Shown piece by piece: positions 1 to 9,489 of a DNA stretch of 64,000 nucleotides (position 1 is its first letter; every line of letters begins with the position of its first letter). Made by a program: the position numbers and the translations under genes. The DNA is from Candidatus Hydrogenedentota bacterium (lineage in GTDB: Bacteria; Hydrogenedentota; Hydrogenedentia; Hydrogenedentales; SLHB01): contig JABWCD010000005.1 of assembly GCA_013359265.1 (NCBI GenBank), positions 73,678 through 137,677 on the forward strand. Reading direction: 5' to 3'. The notes below the pieces were generated by a model. It was given only the letters and a program-made list of their open reading frames with translations, was not told the origin of the DNA and ran no database searches.

Positions 1-1
1 C

Positions 2-724
2 GCTCCAGTGCCCGACCATCTCGATTGGGACCTGTGGCTGGGCACCGCGCCGGAGCGTCCGTACGCACCGGAGGTGTATCACCCGTTCTGGTGGCGGCGC
101 TGGCGCGATTTCGGAAACGGCGCGACGGGCGATTTCGGCTGTCACATTTTCGACACCGTGTTCACCGCGCTCGACATTGGCGCGCCCTTGACCGTCTGCG
201 CGCAGGTCGAAAGCGTGGACGGCGACCAGTGGCCGGAATGGACGATATCGCGCTACGTGTTTCCCGGCGTCCCGATGAGCGCGGGAAAAACGATTACTGC
301 GACGTGGCTGGACGGAGGCAAGCGGCCGTCGTGGACCGTGTCGCGACATTTGACAAAAGATTTTGCGATGCCGTCGAGCGGATCGGTCGTCATCGGCGAA
401 GAAGGCACACTCGTCATTCCGCACGTGGGCGAGCCGTCGCTGCACCCCATCCACAAGTACAAGGACTATCCGAAGCCAAAGCTCGAGCCAATCAATCACT
501 ACCACCAGTTTGTCGAAGCCGCGCTCGGAAACGGCGTCGCCGGATCGCACTTTGACTACGCGGGCCCGCTCACCGAAGCGGTGCTACTTACCACAGTCGC
601 GGACCGATTCCCCGGTCAAACGCTCGAGTGGGATGCGCGGAAGATGCGCTTCGCGAATTCGCGGGAAGCGAACAAATTTCTGCGCCGCAAATACCGCGAT
701 GGTTGGCAGGTGAAAGGACTCTAA
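2..724 (+). CDS. Gfo/Idh/MocA-family oxidoreductase, C-terminal fragment (5' end truncated by the window edge)
   Basis: Translation has the typical Gfo/Idh/MocA C-terminal block (DWDLWLG...HPFWWRRW.DFG.GA.GDFGCH) seen in Planctomycete oxidoreductases. The ORF runs off the window start. Confidence 0.6.
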   Translation, partial: APVPDHLDWDLWLGTAPERPYAPEVYHPFWWRRWRDFGNGATGDFGCHIFDTVFTALDIGAPLTVCAQVESVDGDQWPEWTISRYVFPGVPMSAGKTITATWLDGGKRPSWTVSRHLTKDFAMPSSGSVVIGEEGTLVIPHVGEPSLHPIHKYKDYPKPKLEPINHYHQFVEAALGNGVAGSHFDYAGPLTEAVLLTTVADRFPGQTLEWDARKMRFANSREANKFLRRKYRDGWQVKGL

Positions 725-859
725 ATCAACGCCACGCCGTAATATTCGTTGAAAAATTCGGGCCCCTCCGCTATCCTACTGTCGCCCTCTCGGGCTGGGG
801 GACTGTTTTTTTGAAGCAGTTGCGGTTTGGGCCGCAGTCCCAAAGAGGAGAACCGACCT

Positions 860-1159
860 ATGGCGAAGCGAACGAGCAAGAATCCGGTACAAGAGATGTT
901 GGGCATGGCGGGCGATTTTGTCGTCAAGCAAAAAGGCAAATGGGAACACAAAGATTGGGAAGCGTTTGTCGAGAAAGTGCAGAAGGCCGGCGTCGATCTG
1001 TCCGATGAACTGAAGAAGAGCCTTGGCCATATTCTTGAAGCGACCAAACGTTTTTACGGTGATGTATCGAGCATTCCCGACAAGAAGCCCGCAAAGAAGG
1101 CCAAGCCAAGCGCCAAGGCCAAATCGAAATCGAAAGCGAAGGCCAAGTCCAAAGCCTGA
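860..1159 (+). CDS. Small basic protein with a lysine/alanine-rich histone-H1-like C-terminal tail
   Basis: AGGAGA sits 8 nt upstream of the ATG at 860. The C-terminus is KKPAKKAKPSAKAKSKSKAKAKSKA, a low-complexity KA(K/S) repeat. Confidence 0.5.
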   Translation: MAKRTSKNPVQEMLGMAGDFVVKQKGKWEHKDWEAFVEKVQKAGVDLSDELKKSLGHILEATKRFYGDVSSIPDKKPAKKAKPSAKAKSKSKAKAKSKA

Positions 1160-1251
1160 TTCTCTTTTGGTGCTCACGAGTCCGTTTGCCCGCCGGTTGT
1201 GTGGCAGCACATCCGGCGTGGCGTATACGTTTGCCATGATGTAAAGGAAAG

Positions 1252-2127
1252 TTGATGTTTCGTCTGGGCATTGTGGGTTCCGATAACAGTCACGCCGAGG
1301 CGTTTTCGCGGCTGACCAACCTCGAGGGCGAGAACCGGATTCCCGATGTGCTGGTCACGCACATCTACGGCACGGACGAGGCCCGCACAAAGGAAGTCGC
1401 CACCAACTGCGAGATTCCAAACATCGTCACGCGCACGGAGGACATGATCGGTCAGGTAGACGGCATTCTGTGTGTATGGCGACACGCCAGCAAACACAAG
1501 AACGATTCGTTGCCGTTCATCAAGGCGGGAATTCCCGCGTTCGTAGACAAACCACTCGCGCATACGGTGGCGGACGCGCGCGAACTGATCGACACTGCCG
1601 AGCAGGCCAAGGTCGGTTTCACGTCATTTTCGACGTTGCGGTTTTGCGTGCCGACCGTGCAATGGCTTGCTTCGTTGAAAGATTCGATCGATGTACCTGT
1701 TTCCGGCGTCAGCACTGGGCCCGCGGAAGTGGACAGCGAATACGACGGGCTGTGCTTCTACGGCGTACATACGGTCGAGCTCATGCACGCCGCGTTTGGT
1801 TACGGTGTGACGAGCGTCACGGCGAGCGAGCACAACAAGTACATCATGGCGGTCTGCAAATACGCGACCGGCCCGATCGTGGCCTTGAATTTTCAGTACA
1901 ACGAACCATACGTCTTCCATATATCCGCGTTTGGGAAGAAGGGATTTTCCGATCACAAAGTTGATTCGGGGACCAGTTACGTCGAAGGCATGAAAGTCAT
2001 CATGGAAATGATGCGCACGGGAAAGTGGCCGCTGACGCCACAGCAACTGATCGAACCCGTCCAGGTCCTCGCCGCCATAACGAAATCGCTCGCGGAAAAA
2101 CGCGAAGTCGCGTTGTCGGAAGTGTAA
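1252..2127 (+). CDS. Gfo/Idh/MocA-family NAD(P)-dependent oxidoreductase
   Basis: N-terminal Rossmann-type GIVGSDNSHAE motif, conserved FVDKPLA motif, 291 aa. Confidence 0.7.
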   Translation: MMFRLGIVGSDNSHAEAFSRLTNLEGENRIPDVLVTHIYGTDEARTKEVATNCEIPNIVTRTEDMIGQVDGILCVWRHASKHKNDSLPFIKAGIPAFVDKPLAHTVADARELIDTAEQAKVGFTSFSTLRFCVPTVQWLASLKDSIDVPVSGVSTGPAEVDSEYDGLCFYGVHTVELMHAAFGYGVTSVTASEHNKYIMAVCKYATGPIVALNFQYNEPYVFHISAFGKKGFSDHKVDSGTSYVEGMKVIMEMMRTGKWPLTPQQLIEPVQVLAAITKSLAEKREVALSEV

Positions 2128-2169
2128 TTACTACTGCGCGGCGCTCGTCTGCCATCCCTCGCTCCACAA

Positions 2170-2244
2170 GGGACTGTCCCCGATTTCAGTCTCGAGGATC
2201 CGAAGCGTACTGTTAGGCCGATGTCCGAAATCGGGGACTGTCCC
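2170..2244. terminator. Long imperfect inverted repeat (18-nt arms GGGACTGTCCCCGATTTC / GAAATCGGGGACTGTCCC) between convergent genes; likely a bidirectional terminator
   Basis: Arms at 2170-2187 and 2227-2244 are reverse complements with one mismatch. The repeat lies between the + gene ending at 2127 and the - gene ending at 2253. Confidence 0.5.
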
Positions 2245-2252
2245 TGATCCGT

Positions 2253-4358
2253 CTACGGCGCAGCAGCCGTCTGCCACCCCTCGCACTGCATGATGAAATA
2301 CTGATCCAGCTTGTCGGTCCAGTTCTTTGTCGCCTGCGGAGAACGCGATGAGATGTCCCGCATCGGCGCTCCGGCCCGTACGTTTGTCAGGTCGTACAAC
2401 GCCGCCGCCGCGGGCGGGCCCACGGCCCTCATGGTGAACGGCTCGCGCTGCGTCGACCAGACCAAACGCAATTTCGCGTTACGAATGCTGAGCATCAACG
2501 GATTGCCGACCATCGAGATGGGTTCACGCGATACCGGCGCGTTGATCAAGTCCGCTGTGCTTGCGTAGGGACCCAGCGTTACGTGCATCATCCTGGCCAG
2601 GGTGGATGCGACATCCTCGAGCCCTGTCAGTTCGCTGCGTTTTGCCGCGGTCACGCCAGGCGCGGACAGCACGAATGGCACGCGCAAGCTCCAATCGGCC
2701 AACACGGTGTCGTCGGGCAGGTAACTCCCGCGCGTCGATGTCACCACGATACAGGTCTTGGCTCCCTGCGCATTTCTCACGTGCCCGATGAACTGCCCAA
2801 CTTCGCGATCGAGATATTGGACCGCGGCGTTGTACAGCGCGCTTGGCGTCGCGCTGGCCAAATCGGGAAGGAGGGAGCGGGCGTGAAGTTCTCTCGAGCG
2901 CGGATTGCGCAGGTCGGTCAGGCGGACGAGCAGGAAGTAATTTGTGTCTTTGTGCGCGTCAAACCAACGGCGCGCTTTGCTCAACGTTTCACTCGAACCC
3001 ATGGCGGGACCGGGCGCGTTCGGATCGAGTTGCACACTCGCAGCGGGCGGTTCCGCGATGTAACCGTCGTCGAATGTGTCAAACCCGCGCTCGAAACCCC
3101 GTCCGTGCACGAGATCGCCCCAGCCCTCCCCTTCGGTGAACGCTGCTGTTGCGTACCGCTCGCCGCGCAACGCTTCCGAAATGGTCTTGAGTTCCTTTGG
3201 CAGCGGGCCTGCGCGGTCGCCCAGATAACCGTGCCGCAGCGGTGAAACGCCGGTAAGCAGCGTCATGCACGATGCCGCGGCCTCCGGCGCCGGCGCATAG
3301 GTGAGCGGATACGTCAGCGCCGCCGCTCCAATACGTTCGAGATTCGGCGTCGTTCCCTTTGCCGAACCCATGCTCGACACGCGATCGGCGCCAAGTCCGT
3401 CAACAACGATCAGGACCAGGCTGGGATTCGATTCATTGCCCTGCATTCTGCGAACGTGCGGCCCGTCGATCAGGAGCGTTCGGTCCGATGTGAGGACTGG
3501 CAGAACACCGACTGCTTTGCGCCACTTCGATTCCTTCTCCGTGGACCAGCGCACGACGCACGTGGTCATCTTGCGGGGAACATCTTCGGCAGGGATTTGG
3601 AGGTAAGACCACTCGCCGGCCGCCAAATCAATCGAACCCGAAAACTGCGTCGTGGTATCGCCGCGCATCTCAATCGTGAGGTAGGCGACTTCCAACGCGT
3701 CTTCAAGCGCGGTTTCGGGCGGGTTCGCGCAGCCGATCATGAGGCATTCGCCGATCGACGCGGTCGCGTTGGTGGTCAGCACGGAGCCTTCGGGTAGTGC
3801 GCGCGCACTCGCGTACGCGGTACCGACGCGGTAGGTCTGCACTTCCTCCGGCGCTTTCGGCCGCGCCTTCTCGACGCTGCCGGCCCAAACCTCGAACATG
3901 ATAAAACCGGCTAACAGCAAGGGCATACCGCTCGCCATCCACGCGACGTTCCACGCGCGCGGACCGGATTCGCTGCGCAGAATCGCATAGAAGCCGACCA
4001 GTTTTAGCGTCGCGTGAATCCCGGCGAATGCGGCAAAATAGATGAGCGACTCGAAGTCGTTGAGCGCCGGGTGCGGCCAATTTACGTCGAATCGGGCGAG
4101 GTAGGGCAGGAAGGCGGCGACCGCCCCGTGCGAGAGGCATTCGCCCAACAGCGGCCAATTGGTTTTCGTGGGCCAGGTGAAGCGCACGAGCCCGACGTAG
4201 AGCAATTGAAGTCCGGCATATGTGGCCGCAACGCCGCAGGCCACCATCAACCCCGGCGTCAGTCCCGGCACGTAACCCTGTTCGCCCAAGGCCTGCCGCG
4301 CAAATAAACCGGTAACGCCCGACGAGATTCCAAGCGTGATTGCGTAAACGAAGATCAT
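2253..4358 (-). CDS. Membrane-anchored alkaline-phosphatase-superfamily (sulfatase-like) hydrolase/transferase
   Basis: The N-terminal ~170 aa are hydrophobic with several TM segments. They are followed by a sulfatase-family core (LVLIVVDGLGADR...AASCMTLLTGVSPLRHGYLGD). The usual C/S-x-P-x-R active-site motif is replaced by S-C-M-T-L. Confidence 0.6.
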   Translation of the reverse strand: MIFVYAITLGISSGVTGLFARQALGEQGYVPGLTPGLMVACGVAATYAGLQLLYVGLVRFTWPTKTNWPLLGECLSHGAVAAFLPYLARFDVNWPHPALNDFESLIYFAAFAGIHATLKLVGFYAILRSESGPRAWNVAWMASGMPLLLAGFIMFEVWAGSVEKARPKAPEEVQTYRVGTAYASARALPEGSVLTTNATASIGECLMIGCANPPETALEDALEVAYLTIEMRGDTTTQFSGSIDLAAGEWSYLQIPAEDVPRKMTTCVVRWSTEKESKWRKAVGVLPVLTSDRTLLIDGPHVRRMQGNESNPSLVLIVVDGLGADRVSSMGSAKGTTPNLERIGAAALTYPLTYAPAPEAAASCMTLLTGVSPLRHGYLGDRAGPLPKELKTISEALRGERYATAAFTEGEGWGDLVHGRGFERGFDTFDDGYIAEPPAASVQLDPNAPGPAMGSSETLSKARRWFDAHKDTNYFLLVRLTDLRNPRSRELHARSLLPDLASATPSALYNAAVQYLDREVGQFIGHVRNAQGAKTCIVVTSTRGSYLPDDTVLADWSLRVPFVLSAPGVTAAKRSELTGLEDVASTLARMMHVTLGPYASTADLINAPVSREPISMVGNPLMLSIRNAKLRLVWSTQREPFTMRAVGPPAAAALYDLTNVRAGAPMRDISSRSPQATKNWTDKLDQYFIMQCEGWQTAAAP

Positions 4359-4475
4359 CGTTCCCTCAAACGAGTGAGTGTACGCAGTCCGGCGCCCCGT
4401 TCACAATCGGTCGGGTGCAATGGATGTCTTGGATGCTACCTGGCTTCTGGCGCCCGAAGTCGTTTCCACTGCGTC

Positions 4476-5276
4476 TTAACCAAGCAACTCCCGCTCGGCA
4501 TATTCCACGGCATTGCGAAAGACACGCAGCCCGATTCCCTCCTCTGGCCGAGCCTCGCGTGTCCAAAGAGGATGGTGTGTGCGCTCGGTGTGGGCTTCGG
4601 GATGCGGCATCAACCCGAACACGCGCCCGGTCGTGTCACAAATGCCCGCCACGTCGTCAATCGATCCGTTCGGGTTGGCCGGGAAGTCGCCGCGCGCCGC
4701 TTCGCCGTCGTGCAGGCAGTAGCGCAATACGATCATGCCGCGATCGCCAAGCGATTTGAGTACGTCCGCGTCGCGCGGGATAAACTTGCCCTCGCCGTGG
4801 CGCACGGGCAATTCGAGTTGGTCCAATCCCTTTACCCAAACGCATGAGGTGTTCTTCGCGGTCTTTAAGTGTACCCACCGATCTTCGAAGCGCCCCGAGT
4901 CGTTGTGCGTCAGCGTCACTTCCTGCCGGAAATCGCCTTCGAGCATGGGGAGCATGCCCATCTTCACGAGCACTTGGAATCCGTTGCAGATGCCGATGAC
5001 AAGCTTTCCCTCCGCGACAAACCGCCTGAGCGCGTCGCCCAGCTTGTAGCGGAGCCGGTTCGCCAATATCTTTCCCGATGCAACGTCGTCGCCGAATGAG
5101 AACCCGCCGGGCACCGCGAGTATCCGGTACTCCTTCAGCATGGCGGGCCGCGCAATGACGTCATTGAGGTGAACGCGGACCGGTCCCGCGCCCGCGCGTG
5201 CGAACGCGTCGGCCGTTTCATGGTCGCAATTGATACCGAATCCGGTCAGGATGAGTGCGCGTGTCGTGGTGCTCAT
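4476..5276 (-). CDS. purQ: Phosphoribosylformylglycinamidine synthase subunit PurQ (glutaminase)
   Basis: Class-I glutamine amidotransferase core (LAVPGGFSFGDD...GICNGFQVL...HPE), ~266 aa, sits immediately downstream of purL. Confidence 0.85.
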   Translation of the reverse strand: MSTTTRALILTGFGINCDHETADAFARAGAGPVRVHLNDVIARPAMLKEYRILAVPGGFSFGDDVASGKILANRLRYKLGDALRRFVAEGKLVIGICNGFQVLVKMGMLPMLEGDFRQEVTLTHNDSGRFEDRWVHLKTAKNTSCVWVKGLDQLELPVRHGEGKFIPRDADVLKSLGDRGMIVLRYCLHDGEAARGDFPANPNGSIDDVAGICDTTGRVFGLMPHPEAHTERTHHPLWTREARPEEGIGLRVFRNAVEYAERELLG

Positions 5277-5289
5277 AATTAATCCATCG

Positions 5290-8200
5290 CTACCAGCGGA
5301 GCGTGCGTTGCCACGCTTCTTTCAATTCGGGAAGGCTTGCCTCGTCCGCGTAACCGTCGCGTCCGCGGATGCGAAGCACCTCGAGCGGAATTACGGAGCC
5401 TATCCGCGTTACCGGGACGCCGTCCATGGCGGACTCAAACTCCGCGGCTTTCGCAGCGGGCACAGTAACCACGAAGCGGCTTTGCGATTCGCTGAACATC
5501 GCGATCACATCGTTCGCGGCCGGTATCTTCGTTAGGTCAATCTCCATGCCGAACCCGCCTGCGAACGCCGACTCGGCAAGCGCTGCGCCGAGTCCGCCGT
5601 CCGAGCAGTCGTGGCACGACGAAACATAACCACGGCCGATCGCGTCCGACAACTTTTCGTATGTCATGCGCGCTCGCTTTGCATCGACCTTGGGTACGAC
5701 TGCTCCGAGTTGGCCGCGCAGCGCGAGATATTCGCTGCCGCCCATCTCGGGCTTCGTTTCACCGACAACGTACACGGCGTCGCCGGCGTGTTTTACGTCC
5801 ATCGACACCACTTTGGTCACGTCGTCGATGATTGCGGCGGCGGTGAAGAGTACCGTGGGTGGAATGGAAATCTTCGTGCCACCGATCTTGTAGTCATTTT
5901 TCATACTGTCTTTGCCACTGATCAATGGGATGTCGTAGGAAGTGCAGATGTCGTAGAGCGCCTCGCAGCAGCGCACGAGCTGGGCGAGTTTGTACTCGCC
6001 GTCGGGCGTCTTCTCGCTCTGCACCGGATCGGGCCAGCAGAAATTGTCCAATCCGGCAATGCTCCCGATGCGCGCGCCGACTGCGATGAGGTTGCGCACG
6101 GCCTCGTCCACCGCGCTCGCCATCATCCAGTAGGTATCAAGATCGCTGTACTTGGGCGCGATGCCGCACGACACCGCGATGCCGCGTTTGGAACCGGGCA
6201 CCGGACGAATTACGCCGGCGTCGCCGGGGCCGTCGTGGTCGACGCCCTGGAACTGTTTCAGCACGCTCTGCGCGAGGACTTCATGGTCGTACATGCGCAC
6301 GAACGATTCTTTGCTGCACACGTTTAGTGAACCGAGCACGGCCTTCAAGTCGGCGATGAGATCGCTTTGTTCAACGATAATCTCCCGCGTGACGGCGGGC
6401 GGCTCCCACCTCGCTTTCAGATGCATTCTCGGCACGCCGTCATGCAGAAAGTGCATGTCGAGCGCGCCGATCAGCTTGCCTTCGTAACGGCATTCGAGGC
6501 GGCCAGAGCCGGTGAATTCGCCGAGGACAGTCGCTTCGACCTCGCGGCGCCTTGCCAAGTCCAGGAAGGCGTCGACCTTGTCCGGCGGAACAGCGAGAGT
6601 CATGCGCTCTTGCGCTTCGGACAGGAAAATCTCCCATGGCGCGAGGCCCGGATACTTCAGCGGCGCGCGTTCAAGATGCACGACGGCGCCGCCCGAACCT
6701 TTCGCCATTTCGCCGATACTCGATGACAAACCGCCCGCGCCGTTGTCGGTGATGTTCGAAAAGAGGCCGAGGTCGCGCGCTTCGATCAGAAAGTCGGCCA
6801 TTTTCTTTTGCGTGATTGCGTCGCCGATTTGCACGGCTGTTGCGGGCGAACCTTCGTGCAACTCCTCGGACGAAAACGTCGCGCCGTGAATCCCGTCTTT
6901 GCCTATGCGGCCGCCGCACATGACAATTCGATCGCCGGGCCGGGCTGTTTTTTCGTGGCTGGGTTGGCCGTTGATCGTTGCGGGGATGAGACCGCCGGTG
7001 CCGCAGAACACAAGAGGCTTGCCAAGGAAGCGTTCGTGAAACACGATCGCGCCGTTCAGGTCCGGAATGCCGCTTTGGTTGCCGCCGTCCTTCACGCCTT
7101 GATGCACACCGCGCAGCACGCGCCGGGGATGCATCAGGCGCGCGGGGATGTCGCCATCGTAGAACGGCGACGCAAAACAGAACACGTCCGTGTTGAAAAT
7201 GCAGCGGCAACCAAGTCCGGCGCCGAGAACATCGCGGTTCACGCCAACGATGCCCGTAATCGCGCCGCCGTACGGATCGAGCGCGGAGGGGCTGTTGTGC
7301 GTCTCCGCCTTCAACGCGAAATTCCAGTTCTTGTCAAACCTGATAATGCCGGCGTTGTCGTGGAACACGCTGACGAGCCAATCGACGCGCTTGCCGACTT
7401 CGTCCGTCGTCGCCTTTACGTAGGACTTGAACAGGCTGTCGATCGTGCGCGTGTTTCCCGCTTCGTCGGTGTACTCGATGACGGCATTGAATATCTTGTG
7501 TTTGCAGTGCTCGGACCAGGTTTGGGCGAGGATTTCGAGCTCGATATCTGTCGGCTGTTGCGGCAGGCCCGCGGCGGCCCGCCACGTCTGGACGGACGCG
7601 TCACCGTAATGCGCTTGTATCGCTTTCATTTCGCCAAGTTCGAGCGCCAGCATGCCGTCGCGGCTGAGGGCCATGAGCGCGTCGTCGGAAATGTTCAGAT
7701 CGATTGTCCGCACTTCTGCGCTGCTGCGTTCGGTAACGAGGGGCAGCCCGAGCAGGCCGTGACCGCCTATGTCCCCGAGCTCCGACGCCGGCTTCACAAT
7801 CCAACGCTGGATGAGTTCATTTGCGAGCAGATCGCGCGCAATGCGCTCGCATTGTTTCGCGTTGACGCGGCCCTTGAGCGCGTACAGGGTCGACTTGTAG
7901 ACCGCGTCACCGGGGGAGAGGGCGCGCCCAATTGTATCGGCGATGCCTTCCGCGGAACTCTTGCCGATGTTATCGGTGACGCCCGGCCGGAACCCGACTT
8001 CGATCGCGAAATCGAAATCGCGGGCCAGCAGGGAATCAACGGCCGAATCCTGAATGATCGGATCGGTGAACAGCTCGCGGCGGACGAGTTCGAGTTCTTC
8101 TGTGCTCAAATTCGCGTGGATGGTATACACGTCGATTGCGCGCACGTCCTCGATGTGGATGCCCAAATCGTCCGCCACGCGGGCGCGAACGCCAAGGCCC

Positions 8201-8295
8201 GCCGGGTCCGGCATGCCCTGTTTCATCCCGACCTCGATTCGGTGCACGGCGTGTGACGTCGCGGCGGGGGCGGTGGCAGCGGCCTCTTTAGGCAT
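5290..8295 (-). CDS. purL: Phosphoribosylformylglycinamidine synthase subunit PurL (1001 aa, with an extra N-terminal PurS-like/linker region)
   Basis: AIR-synthase-related repeated domains; flanked by purM and purQ; overlaps the purM stop by 8 nt. Confidence 0.85.
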   Translation of the reverse strand: MPKEAAATAPAATSHAVHRIEVGMKQGMPDPAGLGVRARVADDLGIHIEDVRAIDVYTIHANLSTEELELVRRELFTDPIIQDSAVDSLLARDFDFAIEVGFRPGVTDNIGKSSAEGIADTIGRALSPGDAVYKSTLYALKGRVNAKQCERIARDLLANELIQRWIVKPASELGDIGGHGLLGLPLVTERSSAEVRTIDLNISDDALMALSRDGMLALELGEMKAIQAHYGDASVQTWRAAAGLPQQPTDIELEILAQTWSEHCKHKIFNAVIEYTDEAGNTRTIDSLFKSYVKATTDEVGKRVDWLVSVFHDNAGIIRFDKNWNFALKAETHNSPSALDPYGGAITGIVGVNRDVLGAGLGCRCIFNTDVFCFASPFYDGDIPARLMHPRRVLRGVHQGVKDGGNQSGIPDLNGAIVFHERFLGKPLVFCGTGGLIPATINGQPSHEKTARPGDRIVMCGGRIGKDGIHGATFSSEELHEGSPATAVQIGDAITQKKMADFLIEARDLGLFSNITDNGAGGLSSSIGEMAKGSGGAVVHLERAPLKYPGLAPWEIFLSEAQERMTLAVPPDKVDAFLDLARRREVEATVLGEFTGSGRLECRYEGKLIGALDMHFLHDGVPRMHLKARWEPPAVTREIIVEQSDLIADLKAVLGSLNVCSKESFVRMYDHEVLAQSVLKQFQGVDHDGPGDAGVIRPVPGSKRGIAVSCGIAPKYSDLDTYWMMASAVDEAVRNLIAVGARIGSIAGLDNFCWPDPVQSEKTPDGEYKLAQLVRCCEALYDICTSYDIPLISGKDSMKNDYKIGGTKISIPPTVLFTAAAIIDDVTKVVSMDVKHAGDAVYVVGETKPEMGGSEYLALRGQLGAVVPKVDAKRARMTYEKLSDAIGRGYVSSCHDCSDGGLGAALAESAFAGGFGMEIDLTKIPAANDVIAMFSESQSRFVVTVPAAKAAEFESAMDGVPVTRIGSVIPLEVLRIRGRDGYADEASLPELKEAWQRTLRW

Positions 8296-9349
8296 AGCGA
8301 AGTGTTCCCGAGTAGGTTACGCGGCGCTCTCCCTTGATAACGCGGCCGATAACCCGGCCTTCGCTGCCGGCCTGATCGAGTGTCTTCAACGCGCGCTCGG
8401 CCTCGTCCTCGGATACAATCACGAGGTAGCCCATGCCGCAATTGAAGGTGCGCAGCATTTCAAATTGTTCGACTTGACCCGCCCGCTGAAGGAAGCCGAA
8501 AACCGGCGGCGCAGTCCACGCGTCGAGATTGATTTCGACGCCCGTTTCGTGTGGCAACGTGCGGGGGAGATTGTCGGTGATGCCGCCCCCGGTGATGTGC
8601 GCCATTCCTTTGACCGTCACGATTTTCATGAGCACGCGAATAATCGTCGCGTAACTGCGGTGCGGCTCGAGCAGCGCTTCGCCGACCGTTCGGTCGACGC
8701 CGGGCATCGGGTCGCTGCAATCGAGTTTGGCGACCTCGAAGCATATCTTGCGCGCGAGGCTGTAGCCGTTGGTGTGTAGTCCTGATGATGGCAGGCCAAT
8801 GACGACGTCGCCAGGCTGCACTGTCGAACCATCGACAATCTTTTTGCGATCGACGACGCCGACAATCGTTCCAGAGATGTCGTATTCCCCGGGCTGGTAG
8901 AGTCCCGGCATTTCCGCGGTCTCGCCGCCGATAAGCGCGCAGCCCGCGTAGCGGCACCCGTTGGTCAGGCCGCGAATGACTTCTACAACCACGTTGGGTT
9001 CGAGCCGCCCAAACGCGAGATAGTCGAGAAAGAAGAGAGGCTTCGCGCCCTGCACCAGAATGTCGTTGACGCAATGGGAAACCAGATCGACACCGATCGT
9101 GTCGTGCTTGCCCGTCATGAATGCGAGCTTAATCTTGGTACCAACGCCGTCTACGCTCGATACGAGCACCGGTTCGTCCATGCCCTTGGTGTCGAGGCTG
9201 TACATCGCGCCGAAGGTTCCGATATCGCACAGCACGCGATCGTCGAACGTTTTGTTCACGAGGTTCTTTATTTCGCGGACTGCCTTGTCCGCGGCGTCAA
9301 TGTCGACGCCGGCGTCGCGGTACGTCAGGCCGCGTTTGTCGTTGCTCAT
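8288..9349 (-). CDS. purM: Phosphoribosylformylglycinamidine cyclo-ligase (AIR synthetase) PurM
   Basis: PurM signature near the N-terminus (MSNDKRGLTYRDAGVDIDAADKAV...). Start placed at the ATG at 9349 rather than the upstream in-frame extension. Confidence 0.85.
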   Translation of the reverse strand: MSNDKRGLTYRDAGVDIDAADKAVREIKNLVNKTFDDRVLCDIGTFGAMYSLDTKGMDEPVLVSSVDGVGTKIKLAFMTGKHDTIGVDLVSHCVNDILVQGAKPLFFLDYLAFGRLEPNVVVEVIRGLTNGCRYAGCALIGGETAEMPGLYQPGEYDISGTIVGVVDRKKIVDGSTVQPGDVVIGLPSSGLHTNGYSLARKICFEVAKLDCSDPMPGVDRTVGEALLEPHRSYATIIRVLMKIVTVKGMAHITGGGITDNLPRTLPHETGVEINLDAWTAPPVFGFLQRAGQVEQFEMLRTFNCGMGYLVIVSEDEAERALKTLDQAGSEGRVIGRVIKGERRVTYSGTLRYA

Positions 9350-9489
9350 ACAGGTGCACCTCATCGAATCGCGTTCGGGCCCGCGGGGCCGATGGCACGC
9401 GAAGCATGCGGTTAGATTACGGGCAGGATGGAGATAAAGCAATTGAATTAAATCTATTATGCCGATAAGATTTTCTGATTGGAGATCCG

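Noticed and set aside
6808-8256. 482-aa ORF antisense to purL
   Set aside because: It lies entirely inside the well-supported purL gene on the opposite strand. The composition is Arg/Ala/Gly-rich, typical of spurious ORFs in high-GC DNA.
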